NCBI GenBank assembly: GCA_035294645.1
Contig: DATGKN010000164.1
Location: 99-64,098 of the forward strand
DNA length: 64,000 nucleotides
Direction: 5' to 3'
Source: Chloroflexota bacterium
GTDB lineage: Bacteria; Chloroflexota; UBA6077; JAJPHF01
Under the pieces are notes generated by a model that saw only the letters and a program-made list of their open reading frames with translations, was not told where the DNA came from and ran no database searches. Positions 9,200-16,553 of the stretch are shown here, one piece after another. The translations under genes and the position numbers were made by a program. Each line of letters opens with the position of its first letter. The first letter of the stretch is position 1.

Positions 9200-10507
9200 T
9201 CAGCGCGGCTCCCCGCCCCCCACCACGATCGCCCCGGCCCGGACCGCCCGCAGGAACGCCGCCGCCACCTCCGGGTCGAACTGCGTGCCCGTGCAGCGCT
9301 CGATCTCCTCGAGCGCCACGGCCAGGGGCAGTGCCCGTCGGTATGGCCGCGTGCTGGTCATCGCGTCGAAGGCGTCGGCTACCGCCACCACCCGCGCCTC
9401 GATCGGGATCGCCAGCCCGCTCAGCCCGGTCGGATACCCGCGCCCGTCGAACCGCTCGTGGTGGTACAGCACGCAGCCCAGCGAGTGGCGCAGGAACGGC
9501 ACGTGCTGGAGCATGCGCGCGCCGACCTCCGGGTGCTGGCGCATGATCGCCCACTCCTCGTCGGTCAGGCGGTCGGCCTTGAGCAGCACATAGTCGGCGA
9601 TGCCGATCTTGCCCACGTCGTGCAGCAAGGCGCCCAGTTCCAGCGTGTACAGGCGCTCGGGGTCCCAGCCCAGCTCGCGGCCGATAGCCACCGAGTAGGT
9701 GGCCACCCGTTCGACGTGCCCGCCCGTGTAGGCGTCGCGCGTCTCGATGGCCGCGGCCAGCACGCGCACGGTGGCCAGGTACGCCTCCTGCAGCTCCTGC
9801 CGCCGCGCGCGCTCCTGCACATAGGCTTGGCGCAGGTCGCGGGCGTACGCCAGCAGCTGCTGCTCAGCGCGGGCCAGCGCGTCGGCGCGCGCGGCGCTCT
9901 CCGTCTGCAGCCGCGCCTGCTCGAGGCTAGCGGCGGTGTGCTGGGCGAGGAGCTCTAGCAGCAGGCGCTCGGGCTCGCTGGTGCGGTGCGGCACCGGCCA
10001 GCCCACGTACAGCAAGCCCACCCGCTCGCCGCGCGCCTGTAGCGGTAGGGCGGCCAGCGCGCTCCAGCCCAGCGCTCGCGCCGCCGCGCGCTCGGCCGGT
10101 TGCAGGTCGTCGCTTTCGACCGAGGTGGCCTCCAGCGCCTCGCCGCGCGCCAGCGCCCGCGTGCCCAGGGTGCTGCGGCGCAGCGCCACCAAGGCGGGAG
10201 CGTGGGCGGTGTCGCTCAGCGTTAGGGCCGCGCCCAAAGCGCCGGCCGCGGCGTCCCAAGGGTAGACGACCGTGCCGCGGGCTCCCAGCAGGCGTGTCAC
10301 CGGCCGCGCGAGTTGGGCGAGCCGCTCGGGCAGGGGGCCGGCGGCGGTCAGCGCGGCCGCGCTCGCGCGCACCGCGGCCAGATACGCTTTGGCGCTACGC
10401 CGGGACCGATCGGCGCATGCGGCGGTCGGCCGGCTAGAGGGGCGCCGGGCGCCGGCGGGCGCCGGTTCCCCAGCGGCCGTATTGGTAGGGCTAAGGCTAA
10501 TGATCAT
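9200..10507 (-). CDS. GAF domain-containing HD-GYP phosphodiesterase (c-di-GMP signalling)
   Basis: HD motif LLHDVGK and HD-GYP signature YHHERFDGRGYP. N-terminal GAF-like region. Confidence 0.8.
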   Translation of the reverse strand: MIISLSPTNTAAGEPAPAGARRPSSRPTAACADRSRRSAKAYLAAVRASAAALTAAGPLPERLAQLARPVTRLLGARGTVVYPWDAAAGALGAALTLSDTAHAPALVALRRSTLGTRALARGEALEATSVESDDLQPAERAAARALGWSALAALPLQARGERVGLLYVGWPVPHRTSEPERLLLELLAQHTAASLEQARLQTESAARADALARAEQQLLAYARDLRQAYVQERARRQELQEAYLATVRVLAAAIETRDAYTGGHVERVATYSVAIGRELGWDPERLYTLELGALLHDVGKIGIADYVLLKADRLTDEEWAIMRQHPEVGARMLQHVPFLRHSLGCVLYHHERFDGRGYPTGLSGLAIPIEARVVAVADAFDAMTSTRPYRRALPLAVALEEIERCTGTQFDPEVAAAFLRAVRAGAIVVGGGEPR

Positions 10508-10585
10508 GGTCCGTGTGTCCGCCGCGACGCGGGGCCTTCCCTGGCAAACGCTGCGCGGCTCCCTCCTCGCAGAGTGGCGCGGGGA

Positions 10586-11680
10586 CTAGCTCGTCGGCGC
10601 GGCCCGCGGCGCCAGGGGGAGGCGTAGGGTGACGCGAGTGCCGGCGCCCGGCGCGCTGTCGAGCGTGACTGCCCCACCATGATCGTCGGCAGCCCGGCGC
10701 ACAATGGCCAGCCCCAAGCCTAGCCCGCCGTGCCGGCGGCCTGGGCCACGGCTGACCTGGTAGAACCGCTCGAACACGTGCGGCTGCTCCTCGGGCGGGA
10801 TGCCGGGCCCTTGGTCCGCCACCGTAATCGCCACCTGCGCGCCAGCGGTGGCCACGCGGAGCTGCACCTCGCTCCCCGCGGGAGCGAACGCCGCCGCGTT
10901 CTCCAGCAGATGCCGCACCGCCTGGCGCAGTAGCAGCGGCCAGGCGGCATCCAGCGGCAGCGGGGCGGGAGGGCGCTGGTAGGCGAGCGTGACCCGGGCG
11001 GCGCCGAACGCGTCGGCGGCGTCAGCCACCGCTTCGTCGAGCACCGTGCGTAGGTCCACTGCCCGCCGCGGGCCCGCGGGGCTGGCCAGCAGCAGTACGT
11101 CCTCCAGCACGCGGGCCAGCCGTTGGGAGCCGGCCGCGATCTCGCGTACGAATGTCTCGAGGTGCCGGTGGCTGAGTTGCTCGCCGCGCGCCTGCAACAG
11201 CTCGGCGTAGCCCAGCACCAGCGACAGCGGCGTGCGCAGCTCGTGGCCCAGCAGGGCCAGCACCTCGCTCTTGAACTCCTCCAGCTCCTGGCGGGCGCGG
11301 GCGCGGGCGTGCTCCTGGGTGCGCAGCGCCGCGCGGCAGCGCGCCACCAGCTCGGCGGGGTCGAACGGCTTGGCGAGGTAGTCGACAGCGCCCGCGGCCA
11401 GCCCCAGCACCTTGTCCTCGGGCGTGCCCCGCGCGCTCAAGAACAGGACCGGGATTGGCGGCTGGCGCTGGCTGAGCTGGGTACAGAACTCGAGGCCGCT
11501 GCGCTCCGGCAGCATGATGTCCAACACGACCAGGTCGGGGAGCCACTCGGCCACGATGCGCTCGGCCTCGGCCACGTCCGCCGCCGTGCGCACGGCCATG
11601 CCCTCTAGGGCCAGATTGTCGTGGACCAGCCGCCGCAGGTGCGCGTCGTCGTCCACCACCAGGACGCGCGGTGGCTGCAT
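10586..11680 (-). CDS. Response-regulator receiver :: histidine kinase fusion protein
   Basis: REC domain (VLVVDDDAHLR...DLVVLDIMLPERSG...DYLAKPF), then H-box LGHELRTPLSLVLGYAELL and ATPase G-boxes (DQGPGIPPEE...GGLGLGLAIV). Confidence 0.8.
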   Translation of the reverse strand: MQPPRVLVVDDDAHLRRLVHDNLALEGMAVRTAADVAEAERIVAEWLPDLVVLDIMLPERSGLEFCTQLSQRQPPIPVLFLSARGTPEDKVLGLAAGAVDYLAKPFDPAELVARCRAALRTQEHARARARQELEEFKSEVLALLGHELRTPLSLVLGYAELLQARGEQLSHRHLETFVREIAAGSQRLARVLEDVLLLASPAGPRRAVDLRTVLDEAVADAADAFGAARVTLAYQRPPAPLPLDAAWPLLLRQAVRHLLENAAAFAPAGSEVQLRVATAGAQVAITVADQGPGIPPEEQPHVFERFYQVSRGPGRRHGGLGLGLAIVRRAADDHGGAVTLDSAPGAGTRVTLRLPLAPRAAPTS

Positions 11681-11841
11681 GCTCAGCCCCTTTCCAACCG
11701 CTGCGCGCCGTGGCCCTCGTCGCTATTATCGGCCGAGCGCCCGTAACCGCGTAGCCTCACTTCCCTGTAACCGGTTGCCCCGCCCGCCGATAATAGCCCA
11801 CAGGTCCGCCCCCGAGCGGCCGCGGCGCGGGCGGTGGTCGC

Positions 11842-14800
11842 GTGGCCGCTCTCGGATCCGCTCGGGGCTGGAAGCAACAAGGGTGCCACCCCGTGCGTCG
11901 CCGTCTGCCGTTCGGCGCGCTTGCCTGGTGGCCTGCCTCCCGCCCGCCCGGTGCGGTTCCCCGGGGGGGCTGGCCGGTGGGGCGCGTGCGCCTGCGGCCC
12001 GTGTCTCCGCGCTGGAGCCTCCAGACCAAAGTCAGCCTGCTGCTGGCCCTCACCGTGGCCCTGACGCTGCTCGCTTTCGGCGTGGTGATGGGCCGCGCGG
12101 TCGAGACGGCGCTGCGCGGCGAGGCGCTGCGGCAGACCGAGGCCACGGCCGCGCTGGCCGCTCGCATCGCCCAGTACCACTTCGCTGGGGCCCGCGACCG
12201 CCTGATGGCTCTCGCCGGGCAGCCCGCGATCCTCCAGGCCGCGGCCGCGGACGATGCCGCGACGATGGCCGAGCTGCTCCAGCGCTACGCGCCGCAGCGG
12301 GGTACCATGCTCGAGGCCGTCCACTGGGTCGACGCGCGGGGCGTGCTGCGCGCCTCGACCAGTCCGTCGGCGCCGCTCGGCCGGAGCTACGCGGCGCAGT
12401 TGTGGTTCTTCGCCGCCCGCTCGACGCTGGAGTCGTACGTGGGGATCCCGCTCGCCCCCGAGCATACCGGCCACCCCGTGGTGCCGATCAGCATGGCGCT
12501 GCGCGACGCCGACGGCGCGTTCTTCGGGTTGCTGATCGGCCCGCTCGACCTGGCCACGCTGGGCGATAGCCTCGCCCTGGCCGCCGTGCGCCCCAGCCAG
12601 CGCGTGCTGCTCGTGGACGAGCGCACGGAGACCATCGCCAGCTCGACGCACCCCGACGACCTGCTGCAGCCGGCCGCCCGGCTGGGCCTAGAGGCCGACT
12701 GGCGGCGACTCCCGCCGGCTACCGTGCTCGCGGTGGGGACGCCCCCGACCCGACTGCTGCTGGTGGGGCAGGCGCGGGCGGCGGGGCTGCCCTGGGCGGT
12801 GCTGGTGGTCGAGTCGCACGATGCCGCGCTAGCCGTGCTGGAGGCGCTGTTGCGACGGGGCGCCCAGCTCCTGCTCGTGGCCGTGCCGCTGGCGGCGCTG
12901 GCCGGCTGGCTGCTCGGCCACAGCGTCGTGCGGCCGTTGGTCGAGTTACGGCGGGCGGCGCGGCGGTTGGCCGCGGGCGACCTGGGCTGCACAGTGCCCG
13001 TGCGCGGTCACGACGAGCTGGGCCAGGTGGCCAGCAGCTTCAACGCCATGAGCGCCGCGCTGGCCCGCGCCTACGCGCGCAGCGTCACCGCCGAGCGCGC
13101 CGCCCAGGCCGCCGCCCAGCGCGAGGCCTTGCTCAACCGCATCAATGCCCGCGTGCGCGCCTCGCTCGACGTGGCTGCCGTGCTGCGCACCACCGTCGAG
13201 GAGCTGGGCGAGGCGCTGGGGGCGGCCCGCTGCTGCCTGCACCTCGTGCAGGACGGCGAGCTGCGCGCCTGTGCCTACGAGTGGACGCGGCCGGGGGTAC
13301 CCCCGGCGCGCCAGCAGGACCTCCGCGCGATGCCGCTCTCCCGCCTGGCGGGGCGCGAGCACCGCACGATCGCGATCCCCGATCTCGCCCGCGCGCCGGA
13401 GCTAGCCGACCCGGCGCTGGGCCCCCAGCCCGATTGGGAGGCGCTGGAGGTGCGCGCGATCCTGGTCACCCCGCTGCTCGTGAACGACCGATTGCTGGGC
13501 AGCATCGCCGTGCACGAGACCGCGGGGCCGCGCGCCTGGACCGCCGACGACATCGCCCTGGTCGAGGGGGTGGCCGGCGAGGCGGCCGTCGCGCTGACCA
13601 ACGCACGCCTGTACGCCGAGGCCGAGCGCCGCGCCGAGCGGCTGGCCGCCGTCACGCGCATCAACCGCGCCATCAGCGCCCGGCTCGACCTCGCCCGCCT
13701 GGTGGAGGTGGTTGGCGAGGCGCTCGGCCAGCTCGTGCCGTTCGACCGTCTGTCGCTGGTCCGCTTCGAGCCCGACGGCCAGCACTACCGTGTGCTGGGC
13801 GCCATCTGGCGGGTGCCGTCCGTCTGGGAGCCCGCCCCGCTCAACCCCGTGACCGGCACGCCCATCGAGCTCGTCTACCGCGAGCAGCGGCCGGTGATCC
13901 GCGACGACTTCGCCGACCCCGCGATCACCCCGCCGCTGTCGCGACGGGAGCGACAGATGCTGGCGGGCGGCCTGCGCTCGCAGGTACTGGTGCCGATCTT
14001 CGCTCCTGCCGACGAGCCGCATACCGCGCCCGTGGTCCTCGGCGCCCTGGCGCTGGTCAGCCGCGTGCCGCGGCAGTACGGTCCCGAGGAGGTGGCGCTG
14101 CTGGAGCCGGTGGCCGACCAGCTCGCCGTGGCCATTCACAACGCCGATCTGTACGCCCAGGTCGTGGCTGGCCAGCAGCGCCTGGCTACTATCATCGCCG
14201 GCGTCGCCGAAGGGGTACTGGTGCTGGACACTGCCGGCCAGGTGGCGCTGTGGAACGCGGCCGCCGAGCGGCTGCTAGGCCTACCGGCGGCCCAGGCCCT
14301 GGGGCGGCCTTGGTCAGCGGTGCTGCGGGGCACCGACGCCGCCGGCCGGCCGCTGGCGGATCCTGCCAGCGCGCTAGCGCAGGCCATCGCCGCCGGCCGC
14401 GCGGCGACCGTCGAGGTGCGTGTCGAGCCCCTGCCCGGCCAGGTCTGCTGGCTCAGCGTCAGCCTGGCGCCCGTGGAGGTCGACCAGGGCCACCACCTGG
14501 CGCTCACCTGCCGCGACGTGTCGGCCTACAAGGCGGTCGAGCAGCTCAAGTCCGCCTTCGTGGCCACCGTGTCGCACGAGCTGCGCACGCCGCTGGCGTC
14601 GATCAAGGGCTACGCTGCCACCCTGCGCCAACGCCGCGCCCAGCTGCCCGCCACCGTGCAGGAGGAGTACCTCACGATCATCAACGAGGAAGCGGACCGC
14701 CTCAACGCGCTGGTCAACGAGCTGCTCGACGTGGCGCGCCTGGAGCGCGGGGTGGCGGCCATCGCCTGCCAGCCCGTGGCCCTGGCGCCGCTGGTGGCGC

Positions 14801-15279
14801 GCGCCGTGGAGCTGATGCGCGTGCGCACCGACCGGCACGCGTTCGTGGCGGAGGTGCCCGCCGGCCTGTACGTGCTGGCCGCCCCCGACCGGCTGGAGCA
14901 GGTGCTCACCAACCTGCTGGACAACGCGCGCAAGTACTCGCCGCGCGGCGGCACGATCCGCGTGACAGCTGCCGCCGAGCCGCCCGACGCGGTGACGCTG
15001 GTGGTCGCCGACGAGGGGATCGGCATCCCACCCGAGCGGCAGGCCGAGCTGTTCCGCCCGTTCGCGCGCGTGGAGAACGTGCTCACGCGGCAGACGGAGG
15101 GCGCCGGGCTGGGCTTGTACATCTCGCGGCAGCTCGTCGAGCGCATGGGCGGGCGCATCGCCCTGCGCAGCGCGCCCGGGGCGGGCACCACCGTGCTGGT
15201 GACGCTGCGGGCCGCGGCGCCCCTTGCGGCCAAGCTGTTGCCGCCCGTGGGGCCGGCGCCGGAAGTGCGCCTGCCCTGA
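11842..15279 (+). CDS. Membrane sensor histidine kinase (TM, HAMP, two or more GAF, PAS, HisKA, HATPase_c)
   Basis: TM VSLLLALTVALTLLAFGVV, HAMP-like (VRPLVELRRAARRLAAGDLG...LGQVASSFNAMSAAL), H-box VATVSHELRTPLASIKGYA, G-boxes DEGIGIPPER...GAGLGLYISRQLV. The true start is uncertain; an in-frame GTG at 12001 is just before the TM helix. Confidence 0.8.
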   Translation: MAALGSARGWKQQGCHPVRRRLPFGALAWWPASRPPGAVPRGGWPVGRVRLRPVSPRWSLQTKVSLLLALTVALTLLAFGVVMGRAVETALRGEALRQTEATAALAARIAQYHFAGARDRLMALAGQPAILQAAAADDAATMAELLQRYAPQRGTMLEAVHWVDARGVLRASTSPSAPLGRSYAAQLWFFAARSTLESYVGIPLAPEHTGHPVVPISMALRDADGAFFGLLIGPLDLATLGDSLALAAVRPSQRVLLVDERTETIASSTHPDDLLQPAARLGLEADWRRLPPATVLAVGTPPTRLLLVGQARAAGLPWAVLVVESHDAALAVLEALLRRGAQLLLVAVPLAALAGWLLGHSVVRPLVELRRAARRLAAGDLGCTVPVRGHDELGQVASSFNAMSAALARAYARSVTAERAAQAAAQREALLNRINARVRASLDVAAVLRTTVEELGEALGAARCCLHLVQDGELRACAYEWTRPGVPPARQQDLRAMPLSRLAGREHRTIAIPDLARAPELADPALGPQPDWEALEVRAILVTPLLVNDRLLGSIAVHETAGPRAWTADDIALVEGVAGEAAVALTNARLYAEAERRAERLAAVTRINRAISARLDLARLVEVVGEALGQLVPFDRLSLVRFEPDGQHYRVLGAIWRVPSVWEPAPLNPVTGTPIELVYREQRPVIRDDFADPAITPPLSRRERQMLAGGLRSQVLVPIFAPADEPHTAPVVLGALALVSRVPRQYGPEEVALLEPVADQLAVAIHNADLYAQVVAGQQRLATIIAGVAEGVLVLDTAGQVALWNAAAERLLGLPAAQALGRPWSAVLRGTDAAGRPLADPASALAQAIAAGRAATVEVRVEPLPGQVCWLSVSLAPVEVDQGHHLALTCRDVSAYKAVEQLKSAFVATVSHELRTPLASIKGYAATLRQRRAQLPATVQEEYLTIINEEADRLNALVNELLDVARLERGVAAIACQPVALAPLVARAVELMRVRTDRHAFVAEVPAGLYVLAAPDRLEQVLTNLLDNARKYSPRGGTIRVTAAAEPPDAVTLVVADEGIGIPPERQAELFRPFARVENVLTRQTEGAGLGLYISRQLVERMGGRIALRSAPGAGTTVLVTLRAAAPLAAKLLPPVGPAPEVRLP

Positions 15280-15389
15280 CCGCCCGGGGGCGTGGCCCGC
15301 GCCACGCAGGCGCGCGGCGCGTCTGTGCTCCCCCACGTCGGGTGCCATACAATAGCGGCACGGTAGCCTGCCGCGGTGGGGGATGTGCC

Positions 15390-16538
15390 ATGCGGCCCAG
15401 GGGGAGCGGCGCGTGGGGGCTGGCGCTGGCCGTGCTGTTGACGGCCGCGTGTGCGCCGGCGCCCCGCACGCCGCCCACCGCCGGGCCAGCCACCCCCGCG
15501 CCATCGGTGAGCAGTCCGCCCACGCCGGCCGCCGCTCCGACGCCGCCTCCGGCAGGTCGCGTGCGCTTTGGTGGCCAGTACATCGCCGGGGACGTACCCG
15601 CGTTCGTGGCCGCCGAGCGCGGCTACTTCCACGAGGAGGGCGTGGAGGTCGCGTTCGAGCGGTTCGGCAACCAGACCGACATGGTGGCCGCACTGTCCCA
15701 GGGCCAGATCGACGCCGCGGGGGTGGGCGGCACCGTGCCGATGTTCAACGCGGTGGCGCGTGGTGTGCCCCTGAAAGTCGTGCTGGACAAGGGCACCTTC
15801 CGGCCCGGGTTCGGCTTCACCGCGCTGACAGCGCGCAAGGATCTCTACGACAGCGGCCGCTTGCGGCGGCTGGAGGACCTGCGCGGCCTCACGGTAGCCA
15901 TGCTGCCGCCGCCGCGTGGCACGGGCAACGCCGCCGCCCTGTGGGCGGGGCTCCAGCGCGTGGGCCTCACGTTCGACGACTTCACCGTGGTGGCGCTCAA
16001 CTTCCCGGACATGATCCCGGCGTTCGCCAACGGCGCCATCGACGCCGCGCTGATGGCCGAACCGTTCCTGTCGCGGGCGCTCGGCCAGGGCTCGGTGGTG
16101 CGCCTGATGGGCCAAGACGAGATGTACCCCAACTACACCGTCAGCGCCGTGTGCTTCACCGGCGCGCTGTACGCCGACCGCCCCACGGCGCGGGCGTTCG
16201 CGCGCGCCTACATTCGCGGCATCCGCGACTATCTGAGCGCGATGGCGCGGCCGGGCGACGACCCGGAGCGGCAGCGGATGGAAGCGCTGATGGCCGGGTA
16301 CACGGGCATCGACGCCGCCACCGTGCACGTGATGGTCCCGGCCAGCTTCAGCCCCAACGGGCTGCCCAACCGGGAGTCGCTCCTGTTCACTTACCAGTTC
16401 TTCCGCGACCAGGGCCTCATCCCCGAGCCCCTGTCAGACGCCGCAGTGGCGGGCATGTGGGGCACCGAGCTGGTCGAGGAGGTGCTGCGCGAGCTGGGCC
16501 GCTGGCCGGAGGACTGGGGCCTGCGCCCCGCCTCCTAA
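15390..16538 (+). CDS. Lipoprotein, NMT1/SsuA/TauA-family ABC-type substrate-binding protein (orphan; paralog 1 of 4)
   Basis: Lipobox LLTAAC followed by a Pro/Thr/Ala-rich linker, then an NMT1-like fold (...GVPLKVVLDKGTFRPGFGFTAL...FPDMIPAFANGAIDAALMAEPF...). Occupies the last 1149 nt of ORF-track frame 13281..16538. No permease or ATPase gene adjacent. Confidence 0.8.
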   Translation: MRPRGSGAWGLALAVLLTAACAPAPRTPPTAGPATPAPSVSSPPTPAAAPTPPPAGRVRFGGQYIAGDVPAFVAAERGYFHEEGVEVAFERFGNQTDMVAALSQGQIDAAGVGGTVPMFNAVARGVPLKVVLDKGTFRPGFGFTALTARKDLYDSGRLRRLEDLRGLTVAMLPPPRGTGNAAALWAGLQRVGLTFDDFTVVALNFPDMIPAFANGAIDAALMAEPFLSRALGQGSVVRLMGQDEMYPNYTVSAVCFTGALYADRPTARAFARAYIRGIRDYLSAMARPGDDPERQRMEALMAGYTGIDAATVHVMVPASFSPNGLPNRESLLFTYQFFRDQGLIPEPLSDAAVAGMWGTELVEEVLRELGRWPEDWGLRPAS

Positions 16539-16553
16539 CCAGCGCCCCGCCGC

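Noticed and set aside
9155-9958. 267-aa plus-strand ORF starting in the AT-rich patch (MSMIIWIIISMAAP...)
   Set aside because: It runs antisense through the HD-GYP gene with low-complexity content. Its start is the AT-rich inverted repeat that is better explained as a regulatory site.
13281-16538. 1085-aa ORF-track frame spanning most of the kinase gene in another frame
   Set aside because: Only its last 1149 nt (15390..16538) encode a recognisable protein (the NMT1-like lipoprotein with lipobox and RBS). The upstream part is an Arg/Gly/Pro-rich shadow of the kinase gene.
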